Notes: a model not told the origin generated them from the sequence alone. A stretch of 19,484 nucleotides of DNA from an uncultured Gammaproteobacteria bacterium (GCA_964360965.1 CAYHYM010000010.1:1-19484); one strand, 5' to 3'. Counted from the first letter of the stretch, positions 1 through 8,220 are shown. Translations and numbers: made by a program.

Positions 1-2020
1 TCTTTTCAAAATCATCTTTGATTGAGTCTAAAACCTCAACAATCCTCCCTCTTCCCTGGGCGTCTTGAGTTCCAAATCCCTCATCAATGACTAAAAACTG
101 CAAGTTTGCCCCGGCCCGTCTGGTTAAAAGTTTAGAAAGGGCCACCCTAATGGCAAAATTAACTCTAAACTGTTCTCCTCCTGAATAATTTTCATAAGGT
201 CGCTCACCCATTTCATCAGAGATAACAATGTCAAGAGTTTCTATTATTCCTGGCTGGGTTTTTGATTCCCTTTGCGTATCTAATCTAACCTTCATTCTGC
301 CTTCTGTTAGCCTTTCCAGTAAATTATTGGCCTCTTGCTCAATTTCCGGGATAGCAGTTTCAATGATCATGGCCTGAATCCCCTTTTTACCAAAAGCCAA
401 ACTCAACTCCTCAAAAGCATTCTTTTCTTTTTGCAGTATTTCTTTTTCTGATAACTTTTCTTTTTGTAACTTGCCAAGTTGCTGTGCCCTGGAAATAAGT
501 TCTGCCACTTGTCCAAGTAAACTGCGCGATTCTTTTTCATTATTTTTTAAATTATTAAGCTCACTTTCAATTTGAGTAAGTTTAAGATTTAAAGGTGGCA
601 GTTTTTCAGAAACATTCGGCAACTCTTGTAATTCTTTTGCTAATTTATCAACCTGTGATTTTTTATTTGTAAAAAGTCCCCGCATTTCTATAATTACTTT
701 CTCTTCAGTATCAATGGTGGTTTTTATTTGGATTAGTCTTTCTTTATTTAATAACTTTCTTTGTAAATCCTGGTATTTTTGATTATCAAATTTTAAGAGC
801 TTAAGTTTTTCCTCAAAATTTTTTAAAGTTTTTTCTTCTTGGCTTGTATCTATTTTTTTTGATTTTTCCTTCAGTTGCCTTTTTTGTAAGTTTAAATTTT
901 GTTCGACTTGTCTTTTGTGTGTGGTACCAACTTCCTGTCCGCAGGTTGGACATTTTGCCCCCCTTTTTTTAAGATTGGATATTTTTTCTGCTATATCTCT
1001 AACTTGTGAATTAAGATTTTCCAGTTGTTGAGTTTTTAAATCTATCTGTGATTTTATCTGAGTGATTTTATTTTCTATTGTGAGTTTGTCTTCTTTTTTC
1101 TTTTCCAAATCGTCTTTTTGTTTTTGCAGAGTGGATAAATTTAGCAGATTTTTCTCGTCAATATTTAAATCTTGAACCTCTTTTTTAAAACTGTCTATTT
1201 TGTTTTTTCTGTTTACGCCCTGTTTTGTAATCTCTTCCAGCTCTTTTTTGGCCTCCAGGAAATTTTGTTGAAGTTTGGCCACCTGCTCACTTATTAAATT
1301 TAAAGCCTCTTTTTCTTCCCTGAAGATTTTTATTTTTTCTTCCAAACCCTTGATTTCTTTTTCTATTTTTTCAACTTGCTGCTCCGCCTGTTTCTTTTTT
1401 ATTTCACTGTCTTCCTTTTGGCTAAGTTCAGCCTCTATTTCTAATAGCTGGTATTCTAAAAGAGTCAATTTTATTTGAATTTCCTTTGTTTTTTCTTTAG
1501 CTTTTTCTTCTAACTGGTCATAATGTGATAATCCCAAAATATCTGCCAGAATTCTTTTTCTATCTGTTGGGCCTTTGGTGGTAAATTCATCAGCCTTTCC
1601 CTGACGGAGGAATGAGGAGTTGGTAAATGTTTCAAAGGTAAGACGCAGGGTATCAATAATTTTTTGTTGGGTGGCTTTGATGGTTCCTTCTGTCAGGTTA
1701 TTTTTCCCAGACCAAAATTCCAATGAAGTTGACCCGCCTCTTTTCAAAGACCTGCCTCTTTTAACTGCAAAATGGTGTTTATGAAGCTCAAATAAAAATT
1801 CCACCAACATATTGTCTGCCCCAAGATGGACCAGCTGATCAGATGAATCCCCGGCCCGGGATGAGCCCCACAAACACCAGGTAATGGCATCCAAAATAGA
1901 GGATTTACCAGCTCCATTAGGCCCGGAAATTGCAGCCAGATGAAACTTGCGAAAATCAAGTTCTGGCATTTCTTCCCCATAAGAGGTAAAATTGGATAAT
2001 TTGAGACTAATAGGAATCAT
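1..2020 (-). CDS. sbcC: SbcC/Rad50-family double-strand-break repair ATPase; C-terminal end cut by window edge
   Basis: Minus-strand frame is open from ATG at 2020-2018 to position 1 (673 codons). It is absent from the ORF track because no stop lies in the window. N-term [28 protein letters not shown] (Walker A). Long K/E/Q-rich coiled coil. Zinc hook CPTCGQ at about 935-952. Signature SGGE at 173-184 and Walker B LVIDEGFG at 71-94. Overlaps the sbcD stop by 14 nt. Confidence 0.9.
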   Translation of the reverse strand, partial: MIPISLKLSNFTSYGEEMPELDFRKFHLAAISGPNGAGKSSILDAITWCLWGSSRAGDSSDQLVHLGADNMLVEFLFELHKHHFAVKRGRSLKRGGSTSLEFWSGKNNLTEGTIKATQQKIIDTLRLTFETFTNSSFLRQGKADEFTTKGPTDRKRILADILGLSHYDQLEEKAKEKTKEIQIKLTLLEYQLLEIEAELSQKEDSEIKKKQAEQQVEKIEKEIKGLEEKIKIFREEKEALNLISEQVAKLQQNFLEAKKELEEITKQGVNRKNKIDSFKKEVQDLNIDEKNLLNLSTLQKQKDDLEKKKEDKLTIENKITQIKSQIDLKTQQLENLNSQVRDIAEKISNLKKRGAKCPTCGQEVGTTHKRQVEQNLNLQKRQLKEKSKKIDTSQEEKTLKNFEEKLKLLKFDNQKYQDLQRKLLNKERLIQIKTTIDTEEKVIIEMRGLFTNKKSQVDKLAKELQELPNVSEKLPPLNLKLTQIESELNNLKNNEKESRSLLGQVAELISRAQQLGKLQKEKLSEKEILQKEKNAFEELSLAFGKKGIQAMIIETAIPEIEQEANNLLERLTEGRMKVRLDTQRESKTQPGIIETLDIVISDEMGERPYENYSGGEQFRVNFAIRVALSKLLTRRAGANLQFLVIDEGFGTQDAQGRGRIVEVLDSIKDDFEK

Positions 2021-3227
2021 ATTTATTCCTTCCTTCTCTTGCCTCTGAAGTCCAGTCTTTAAGCTGAACCGCATATTTTTCCAGTTCTTTTATTTTTTGA
2101 GCAGAGTATTTTTTGGCCTGGAAATATTTATTGAGGGCTTCAATTGGGGAAAGCCTTTCAATTTCTTCTTGACCCTCAATTCTTATTCTTTCTTTTCTTT
2201 CTATATTTCTTTGGATACCGGCCATAAAATGAGCGTTATTCAGCACTCTTTTAATCTGGTCAATTTGTAAAACTTCATGCAGATCAGCCGGGATATTGAT
2301 AATCAATCGAATGATTTTATCTTTGATATCATACTCTTTGATTTTAGAAAGAATTGTTTGGGTGGGATTTGTATCATCCATCTTTAAATCAATAGTGATG
2401 GCTAGAAACTTCCTGGCATTGGTGGGGATAAACTGAAAAGAGCTGGTATATTTATGGTTCCCCGCCTTCGCGGGGACTTCGGGAGTAATTTCTACTAGAA
2501 TTACTCCCTTCGCTTCTTTTTCCTCGCCAAAATCAATTCTCTGAGGAGAGCCGGAATAAACAATCAGGGGATTTTTAGAAAGCACCTGGTGTTTATGAAT
2601 ATGTCCTAAAGCCACATAAGAAAGTCTTTTATCTTGTAATAAGGGAAGGGGGACTGTGACATCATTGGCAATAGCCAACCCTTTTTCTGATCCGTAGGAG
2701 GCGCCTTCCACCTCACAGTGTGATAAAAATATGGCAGGGGAGTTGGGGGTAATTTTTTCATACAAAAGATTTAATTTATCACCCACTGTTTTGTAATCAT
2801 TTTTATGAAGCCATGGTAAAGTGACAACTTGTAAGTTTCCTGATTTGGTGGGAATTGTTAAAAGCTCCGGTTTTCTTGAAACATAGACATTGTCAATCTC
2901 TAAAGCTGAATAAATATCCAAAGTATTAGCCTTGCCTTCTGCATTTGGGGTATCATGGTTTCCCACCACCAAAATAACCGGTATTTTTTTGGCCAAACTT
3001 TTAATTCTTTCTCCAAAGCCTCTTTGTTGTGTTGGGTTTGGATCACGGGTTCTGTAAGCATCTCCTGCGAAAACAACCGCATCAACATCATTCTTGAAAG
3101 CAGTTTCAATAATAAAATCAAAAGTTTTAAAAAAATCCAACAGCCTGGTAGAAAGGCCTGTTTCCGGGTCCAACTTGGCATAATTTTCCATGCCAATATG
3201 AAGATCAGAAAAATGCAGTAGTTTCAT
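2007..3227 (-). CDS. sbcD: SbcD/Mre11-family nuclease
   Basis: 406 aa. Calcineurin-like phosphoesterase motifs are present: [36 protein letters not shown]. Canonical sbcD-sbcC order with overlapping stop/start. Confidence 0.92.
   Translation of the reverse strand: MKLLHFSDLHIGMENYAKLDPETGLSTRLLDFFKTFDFIIETAFKNDVDAVVFAGDAYRTRDPNPTQQRGFGERIKSLAKKIPVILVVGNHDTPNAEGKANTLDIYSALEIDNVYVSRKPELLTIPTKSGNLQVVTLPWLHKNDYKTVGDKLNLLYEKITPNSPAIFLSHCEVEGASYGSEKGLAIANDVTVPLPLLQDKRLSYVALGHIHKHQVLSKNPLIVYSGSPQRIDFGEEKEAKGVILVEITPEVPAKAGNHKYTSSFQFIPTNARKFLAITIDLKMDDTNPTQTILSKIKEYDIKDKIIRLIINIPADLHEVLQIDQIKRVLNNAHFMAGIQRNIERKERIRIEGQEEIERLSPIEALNKYFQAKKYSAQKIKELEKYAVQLKDWTSEAREGRNKYDSY
2460..2508. repeat. Two adjacent hairpin-forming palindromes inside sbcD
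   Basis: CCCCGC(2460-2465)-cttc-GCGGGG(2470-2475). Then GGGAGTAATT(2481-2490), an 8-nt loop, and AATTACTCCC(2499-2508), a perfect 10-bp inverted repeat. Flanked by CTTCG motifs. Encodes ..[20 protein letters not shown].. on the minus strand. Confidence 0.6.
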
Positions 3228-3243
3228 CGAATGGATTATACCA
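3228..3243 (-). promoter_or_regulatory. Extended -10 promoter for sbcD, predicted leaderless transcript
   Basis: Minus strand reads TGGTATAAT (3243-3235), then 7 nt (ccattcg), then ATG at 3227. No Shine-Dalgarno sequence. Confidence 0.5.
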
Positions 3244-3405
3244 TTGAAAATGGTTTTTTCTATAGAGCCGGGGATTTATATTCCGGCATTTGGAGGAGTA
3301 AGAATTGAGGATTTATTTGTATTACAAAAAGCCCTAAAGAATTATTTTCTATATAACCAAAAATCCTCTTCTTTTTTAAAAGGTTTCCAACTGGGGAAAT
3401 GGTAA
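3238..3405 (+). pseudogene. C-terminal relic of an M24-family Xaa-Pro peptidase
   Basis: Plus frame reads ..[32 protein letters not shown].. with stop at 3403-3405. EPGIY..GGVRIED is the hallmark C-terminal block of M24B peptidases. Only about 35-50 residues remain. The upstream part is replaced by the divergent sbcD start, and the tail overlaps the methyltransferase 3' end. Confidence 0.6.
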
Positions 3406-3851
3406 GTTTGGGTGATGGCTACTGAGCCCTTTTTTAATTCTTTTTTTAATTTTTCCTCTAATTTATTAACCCCTTTATGTAGCAGAAAAATGTATACAAT
3501 ATCAGCATCAGAATAATTTCTTGAAAAAATATTTCCATGATAAAATTGACAATTTCCCTCTATGGCGTCATTTTGTCTATAAGTTTTCCATCTGGAATAT
3601 AAAACTCTAATCCAGGATTGTTCGATGCCAATAGACTGTGCTCTAAGCCGACTGGCAGCAATAACTACCCGTCCATCACCGGATCCTAATTCATAAAATT
3701 TTTTTCCTTTTTTAACTCCTGCAAGCTTTAGAATTTTTCTTATATGATCCATTTTGGTTGGAATATATGGAGCATCAGATCCGGCAAACCATGACAGGGC
3801 AATTAAACATCCCAGTAAAATTCCAAAAGATATAATTAGCGTGAGATCCAT
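3342..3851 (-). CDS. Membrane-anchored class I (seven-beta-strand) SAM-dependent methyltransferase
   Basis: 169 aa. N-terminal TM helix ([18 protein letters not shown]), then APYIPT and SAM motif [12 protein letters not shown]. Layout resembles TM-anchored protein-lysine methyltransferases of the FAM173/ATPSCKMT type (from memory, not searched). 16-nt overlap with the upstream FemAB gene. Confidence 0.7.
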   Translation of the reverse strand: MDLTLIISFGILLGCLIALSWFAGSDAPYIPTKMDHIRKILKLAGVKKGKKFYELGSGDGRVVIAASRLRAQSIGIEQSWIRVLYSRWKTYRQNDAIEGNCQFYHGNIFSRNYSDADIVYIFLLHKGVNKLEEKLKKELKKGSVAITQTYHFPSWKPFKKEEDFWLYRK

Positions 3852-4843
3852 TTTAACAAGAATACTTTAAGTGGTGTCAGTTTATCTATGGCAGTAAATG
3901 CCCAATACAATGGCCAGTTAAAAACTAAATCATAAGTTCCAATATATTCAACTAATGTACCCCCATACCCTTGTTTGAATTTATGAAATCCAAACCAGGG
4001 ATCTTTTGGATTGGCATTTGGGCCTAATCCCCCCCACATGTCAAATTTTTTAAGTTTTAATTTTTTGCCAAGTTTTATTGCCTCCCAGGCTACTAAATTA
4101 TTGGCCATAACTTCTGGATGGTTTCTGGTAGAACCACCATAAGGATAGTAAATGGTGTCCTTAAAGTTTAGTAGCATCCAGGCGGTTAGAGGTTGGTTTC
4201 TATAGTAGGCAATAAGAAGGCGGGCCATGCCAGCATCTTTTAAAGTTTGCCAGACTTTTTTATGGTATTCTTCATTGTGGCCATGGTACCCTTGTCTATA
4301 AGTTGTTTCGAAATATAATTTTAAGTAAATCTCAAAAGCTTGATCATCTACTCTCTCTTCAACTTTAACTTGATATTTTTGGGCAACTTTGATGTTATAT
4401 CTGGTTTTCGAATGCATATTTTTTAACAGTTCTTCTTCAGATTTAGTTAAACTTAAGACAAAGTTATATTTGGTAAAAAGTGGCTTTGGGGATTTATGGA
4501 ATGAATTGTCAATTTTCAATTGTCCATTGGCAATTGTTATATCTGGCTCTATTTTGATAAAAGCACAATTATTTTCTTTGCCAATTTTTTTAAGCGCTTC
4601 TGCTAAATCTTTGTCTGGTAAGGGCCCTTTTGGCAAGTAACCTGCATACTGATTGGTGAAAGGAATTTTATGTAAAGTTAACTGAAAAACTTTTTTCAGT
4701 TTCTTATCTCGATAGAGGCCGTATCTTAAAAGTGCCAGACCCAAACTTTTTCTAAATTCTCCCCATTGCCAAGACTGGATAACATGGGTGGCTAGTTTAT
4801 TGTACAGGGTTTTTTGGGTAGGAATAATCGGCCGCAAATCCAT
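3836..4843 (-). CDS. FemAB-family peptidoglycan interpeptide-bridge aminoacyltransferase (FemX/MurM-like)
   Basis: 335 aa. N-term ..HVIQSWQWGEFRKSLG.. and ..YYPYGGS.. are typical of FemAB/lipid II aminoacyltransferases. Confidence 0.85.
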   Translation of the reverse strand: MDLRPIIPTQKTLYNKLATHVIQSWQWGEFRKSLGLALLRYGLYRDKKLKKVFQLTLHKIPFTNQYAGYLPKGPLPDKDLAEALKKIGKENNCAFIKIEPDITIANGQLKIDNSFHKSPKPLFTKYNFVLSLTKSEEELLKNMHSKTRYNIKVAQKYQVKVEERVDDQAFEIYLKLYFETTYRQGYHGHNEEYHKKVWQTLKDAGMARLLIAYYRNQPLTAWMLLNFKDTIYYPYGGSTRNHPEVMANNLVAWEAIKLGKKLKLKKFDMWGGLGPNANPKDPWFGFHKFKQGYGGTLVEYIGTYDLVFNWPLYWAFTAIDKLTPLKVFLLKWISR

Positions 4844-4858
4844 GCGACAAGTATATCA
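4844..4858 (-). promoter_or_regulatory. Extended -10 promoter for the FemAB gene, predicted leaderless
   Basis: Minus strand reads TGATATACT (4858-4850), then 6 nt (tgtcgc), then ATG at 4843. The TGA of the box is the stop codon of the upstream SurA-like gene. Confidence 0.45.
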
Positions 4859-5476
4859 AAAGATTTGAATTTTGGCTTTTGTTCTTAGTTCCTGGAATTT
4901 TTGATTAAAAATTTGAGAAAGCTTTTGATTTTTGATTGTATCGTATGCTTCTTTTTCCTGTTTTGCAGATTCTGTGGCTTGTAAACTACTTCTGTTTTGT
5001 TCTAAGAATTCAGCTACCTCATCCGCAGAAACTGTAGCTTCCTTGTCATAGAGTTTTGAGATGGCAAGTTGCACCCTTATTTGATTTTTCAAACTGATTC
5101 TGGTTTGTCCTTGCTGTGAAAGTATCAGGTCTAGAGGTTGTGCCCCACCGACATTGGTCTCTATTTCTGAGATTTTGCTTTGCACCTCTTTTTCATTGGG
5201 CATGGTTCCCATTTTTGCAGATTCTTGTAAAATTATTTTTTCATTGATTAGCTGATTTAGGGTTTGACTTCTGAATTGTTCATTAAGTTTCCCCAAAAGT
5301 TCAATTCCAGTGATAGGTTGGTTGTTAACTGTGGCAGCCACAAACCAAGACTTTTTATAAACTGCTAAAAGCAAAAGACCCGCAATTAAGATAATGAGAT
5401 AGAATTTTTTCGAGTTTCGGAAGTTTTTCAGAGTAGATAATCTTTTTAGCAAATCGTTTTTTTTACTTTGGGCCAT
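4856..5476 (-). CDS. SurA N-terminal-domain-like periplasmic/extracytoplasmic chaperone, no PPIase domain evident
   Basis: TM anchor (FYLIILIAGLLLLAVY) followed by ..VAATVNNQPITGIELLGKLNEQF..LNQLINEKIILQE.., as in SurA/PrsA N-terminal domains. The ORF track starts at TTG 5512. I prefer ATG 5476 (MAQSKK..) because an extended -10 box sits 6 nt upstream of it. Confidence 0.55.
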   Translation of the reverse strand: MAQSKKNDLLKRLSTLKNFRNSKKFYLIILIAGLLLLAVYKKSWFVAATVNNQPITGIELLGKLNEQFRSQTLNQLINEKIILQESAKMGTMPNEKEVQSKISEIETNVGGAQPLDLILSQQGQTRISLKNQIRVQLAISKLYDKEATVSADEVAEFLEQNRSSLQATESAKQEKEAYDTIKNQKLSQIFNQKFQELRTKAKIQIF

Positions 5477-5491
5477 TGCCAGATCATAACA
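5477..5491 (-). promoter_or_regulatory. Extended -10 promoter for the SurA-like gene, predicted leaderless
   Basis: Minus strand reads TGTTATGAT (5491-5483), then 6 nt (ctggca), then ATG at 5476. Confidence 0.45.
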
Positions 5492-5552
5492 AAATAAATT
5501 ATCTTTTGGCAAGCACTAAAACAAATAAATATCTACAAACTTTGCCCTCCAG

Positions 5553-5572
5553 CACTTCGACTTCACTCAGTG
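5553..5572 (+). repeat. Mini-repeat copy (cac-TTCGACTTCACTCA-gtg), intergenic, 3' of the G5/3D gene
   Basis: 14-nt core is 13/14 identical to the copy at 6326-6339. Flanked by a 3-bp complementary clamp. Confidence 0.7.
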
Positions 5573-5577
5573 TTTTC

Positions 5578-5620
5578 GCGCAAAATTCTTAAAGTAAATA
5601 AATGTCAATGAATTTTGCGC
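5578..5620 (-). terminator. 11-bp perfect inverted repeat enclosing the stop codon of the G5/3D gene (possible 3' stabiliser or terminator)
   Basis: GCGCAAAATTC (5578-5588) pairs with GAATTTTGCGC (5610-5620). The 21-nt loop contains the stop at 5589-5591. No U-tract follows on the minus strand, so this is not a canonical intrinsic terminator. Confidence 0.3.
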
Positions 5621-6323
5621 TCCAACCTGCAGTTCTAGCATCATCAAATCCTAGATCTATAATATTTCCTTTAATAGCTCCACCTGTATCTCCAGCTATT
5701 GCTATTCCATATCCAGGAATATAAACTCTTGATCTCAAAAGTATAACTTTTGGATCAACGGCTATCACGCCTTTACCTGCTCTCATACCAATAGCTGTCC
5801 ATTCATTACACCCTGCGCACTTTGAATCATAATGAGTGGCATAAACCCGTAATTTTTTCCAATATTGGATGGAACCAGCAGGTGTATCCAGAGTTCTCCA
5901 AACAATTTTAGTGCCCCGCAAGATTTGCTTATCTTTTGCCGGGAAGTTTTCGCTGGAGATAATTTCCCTGGAGTATTCCTCATCAGGACTCACCTCGAAG
6001 GAGTCGAAGCCCACCTTCGAGGTGTTTGCTCCTTTGTAGTAAGTAACTTTTATAATTTTTACTCTTTTACCATCTGCCCCTTCATCTAAAACTTCCTCAA
6101 TTCCTGCTTCTTCCTCCGGGTCATCCTGGTAAACTGTTTTTTTAGGAATAACTTCTGTTTCCTCCTGCAGCTTTTCTGTAAATGAGGATTCTGTTGTAAC
6201 TGGCTGGTTAGCTGGCAGGGTATTATCCGATATAGCCTCACCCAAAACAGAATTTGTAGGAAAAACTGTCCCTGCCAAAAAAGAAACAAGCATTATCAGC
6301 AATATCCCAAAATATCTTTCCAT
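5589..6323 (-). CDS. Secreted G5-domain plus 3D-domain (MltA/YabE-like) cell-wall protein
   Basis: Signal/TM MERYFGILLIMLVSFLAG. G5-like ..EGADGKRVKIIKVTYYKG... C-terminal 3D domain ..RVYATHYDSKCAGCNEWTAIGMRAGKGVIAVDP..IPGYGIAIAGDTGGAIKGNIIDLGFDD... The ORF track start is 6356. Its extra 11 residues (MPDYSGERSRT) are encoded by a mini-repeat copy, so ATG 6323 is preferred but not certain. Confidence 0.75.
   Translation of the reverse strand: MERYFGILLIMLVSFLAGTVFPTNSVLGEAISDNTLPANQPVTTESSFTEKLQEETEVIPKKTVYQDDPEEEAGIEEVLDEGADGKRVKIIKVTYYKGANTSKVGFDSFEVSPDEEYSREIISSENFPAKDKQILRGTKIVWRTLDTPAGSIQYWKKLRVYATHYDSKCAGCNEWTAIGMRAGKGVIAVDPKVILLRSRVYIPGYGIAIAGDTGGAIKGNIIDLGFDDARTAGWSAKFIDIYLL
5991..6024. 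repeat. Palindromic mini-repeat inside the G5/3D gene
   Basis: CACCTCGAAGG (5991-6001) and CCTTCGAGGTG (6014-6024) form a perfect 11-bp inverted repeat. The 12-nt loop contains another TCGAAG. In-frame, it encodes TSKVGFDSFEVS between the G5 and 3D domains. Confidence 0.7.
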
Positions 6324-6342
6324 GGTTCGACTTCGCTCACCA
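6323..6342 (+). repeat. Mini-repeat copy (tgg-TTCGACTTCGCTCA-cca) at the 5' end of the G5/3D gene
   Basis: Same orientation and near-identical core as 5553-5572. The clamp sequence differs but remains complementary. Confidence 0.7.
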
Positions 6343-6348
6343 CTATAG

Positions 6349-8220
6349 TCAGGCATTTAGCCAGTCGTCATTGTCTTTGCCTGTTTCCACATCATCTAAA
6401 AATTGATCTGAATCTTTAAAATGAGTATTTGAATTTATTAAATTTTGAGGAATATCTGACAAGAATCTGGAAACCAGATTATTAGATCTGGTGCCAAAAT
6501 ATAATCTTTGCCTGGTATAAGTTAAATAAAGTTTTTCTTTGGCCCTTGTTATTCCCACATAACAGAGTCTTCTTTCTTCCTCCAGCTCATTAGGGTCCAT
6601 CATACTTCTTGAATGAGGAAATAATCCCTCTTCCATTCCCACCATAAAAACAACCGGGAATTCCAAGCCTTTGGCGGAGTGAAGTGTCATTAAAGTTATG
6701 GCATTATTATTTTGTTCCTCACTCCTTTTCTTGTTAGGGATATATCCATTTTCCACCAAAGCCACATTTTCTAAAAAATCTGTCAGGTTTGGAAATTCCT
6801 CTGCCACAGATCGAAGTTCCTTAACATTTTCCACCCTACCTTTACCCTCTTGGGTCCCATCATCCAAATATGCAAGATAACCTGTTTTATCTAAAACTAA
6901 ATCTAGAAGCTCAAGGGTAGTATTGTCATTCGCAATGATGGACTGGAGCTCTAGTACCTTTTGTAACCTGCCCTTACCAATTTTCTCGGCCCGTTTCAAA
7001 GCAACTGAATCTTTGGGATTTTGTAGAAGTCTCAGGTAAGATAATACATCTTTAATTTCTTTTCTTTCATAGAAAGAAACCCCTCCTACCAATCTATAAG
7101 GCACACCAGCTTTTAAGAATTGTTCTTCTAAAGATCTTGATTGAGCGTTAGTTCTATAAAGGATAGCTACACCTCCCAAGGTTAAGCGCATTTTTTCACC
7201 TCGGAGGTGGTTGATGGTATTGATAATAAAAAGCGCTTCCTCTATTTCATTTCTTACTTCCACCACCTCAATTTTTTCACCACCATCTTTTTGGGTCCAA
7301 AGTTTTAAAATTGGATGAGTTTTATTTTTGGAAATAACAGCATGTGCTGCATCTAAAATATTTTGGGTGGATCTGTAGTTTTGTTCCAGATTAAAGATTT
7401 TTACATTAGGGTAATCTTTTTGGAAATTGACAATGTTTCTGAAATCTGCTCCCCTGAATGAGTAAATCGATTGTGCAGCGTCCCCAACTACACAGATATT
7501 TTTATGTCGATTTGCCAAATACTTAGAGATTAAATATTGAGCAGGATTGGTATCCTGGTATTCATCAATTAAAATGTATCTGAACTGAATTTGATAGCTG
7601 GTCAAAATGGTGGGTTCTGTTTGAAAAAGCTGGATTACTTTTAACAAAAGATCATCAAAGTCTAACGCGTGATTTTTCTGCAAAATTTTTTGATACTCCA
7701 GATAAATTTTGGCCACAGTTTCCTGGAAAAATCCTCTGGCATATTGAGGGTATTCCAAAGATGAGAGTAGCTCATTTTTGGCTCCTGAAATGGTAGCTCT
7801 AACTGCAGCGGGGGAAGTTTTTTGGGTAGGAATGTTTAAGTTTCCCATAGCCTCTTTAACAGCATCCAAAGCATCCCCTTCATCATAAATGGCAAATCCT
7901 GGAGGAAGACCTAAACTGCGACCGTCTCGACGTAATATCTTGGCGCAGAAACTATGGAATGTTCCCATCGCGGGCTGTGTCGGGAGCTGACCAATTAGTT
8001 TCTTAATTCGTTCGATCATCTCTCCCGAGGCTTTATTGGTAAATGTCATTACAAGAATATTTTCTGGGGGAATTTTTTTCCCGGATATTAAATAAGCCAC
8101 TCTATATGTAAGCACTCTGGTTTTTCCGGAACCTGCTCCAGCTAAAATTAAAACAGGACCTTCAGTGGCCTTAACAGCTTGTTGTTGTTGTGGATTTAAA
8201 TCATGTAGGAGATCAGACAT
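6349..8220 (-). CDS. uvrD: UvrD/PcrA-type superfamily 1 ATP-dependent DNA helicase
   Basis: 623 aa. LNPQQQQAV..GPVLILAGAGSGKTRVLTYRVAYLI (Q motif and Walker A), ILIDEYQDTN (motif II), VGDAAQSIYSFRGA, LEQNYRS, TLHSAKGLEFPVVF, RRLCYVGITRAK. Confidence 0.92.
   Translation of the reverse strand: MSDLLHDLNPQQQQAVKATEGPVLILAGAGSGKTRVLTYRVAYLISGKKIPPENILVMTFTNKASGEMIERIKKLIGQLPTQPAMGTFHSFCAKILRRDGRSLGLPPGFAIYDEGDALDAVKEAMGNLNIPTQKTSPAAVRATISGAKNELLSSLEYPQYARGFFQETVAKIYLEYQKILQKNHALDFDDLLLKVIQLFQTEPTILTSYQIQFRYILIDEYQDTNPAQYLISKYLANRHKNICVVGDAAQSIYSFRGADFRNIVNFQKDYPNVKIFNLEQNYRSTQNILDAAHAVISKNKTHPILKLWTQKDGGEKIEVVEVRNEIEEALFIINTINHLRGEKMRLTLGGVAILYRTNAQSRSLEEQFLKAGVPYRLVGGVSFYERKEIKDVLSYLRLLQNPKDSVALKRAEKIGKGRLQKVLELQSIIANDNTTLELLDLVLDKTGYLAYLDDGTQEGKGRVENVKELRSVAEEFPNLTDFLENVALVENGYIPNKKRSEEQNNNAITLMTLHSAKGLEFPVVFMVGMEEGLFPHSRSMMDPNELEEERRLCYVGITRAKEKLYLTYTRQRLYFGTRSNNLVSRFLSDIPQNLINSNTHFKDSDQFLDDVETGKDNDDWLNA

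Noticed and set aside
1275-1980. ORFs 1275-1478 (+) and 1744-1980 (-) from the six-frame track
   Set aside because: Both lie inside the sbcC reading frame, either antisense or out of frame. Their translations are low-complexity (Ser/Phe/Leu-rich) mirrors of the K/E-rich coiled coil. They have no start signals.
2900-3221. ORFs 2900-3196 (-) and 2955-3221 (+)
   Set aside because: These are shadow ORFs within the well-supported sbcD frame.
1-3227. SbcCD as a candidate SMC-type anti-phage system (Lamassu/Wadjet-like)
   Set aside because: The Mre11-type phosphoesterase motifs, the CxxC zinc hook and the overlapping sbcD-sbcC order are the canonical housekeeping arrangement. No additional effector or kleisin-like genes are present.
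5477-5512. N-terminal extension of the SurA-like protein from TTG 5512, and similarly rpsT from ATG 14131
   Set aside because: The extensions add non-conserved residues and would begin upstream of the extended -10 boxes that sit 6 nt (SurA-like) and 11 nt (rpsT) from the preferred ATG codons. The longer forms cannot be strictly excluded without TSS data.
6349-8220. UvrD-like helicase as part of a defence pair (e.g. a Gabija GajB-like protein)
   Set aside because: No OLD/ATPase-nuclease partner is adjacent. All the UvrD/PcrA motifs I checked are present in the canonical order, and the neighbours are cell-wall and redox genes.
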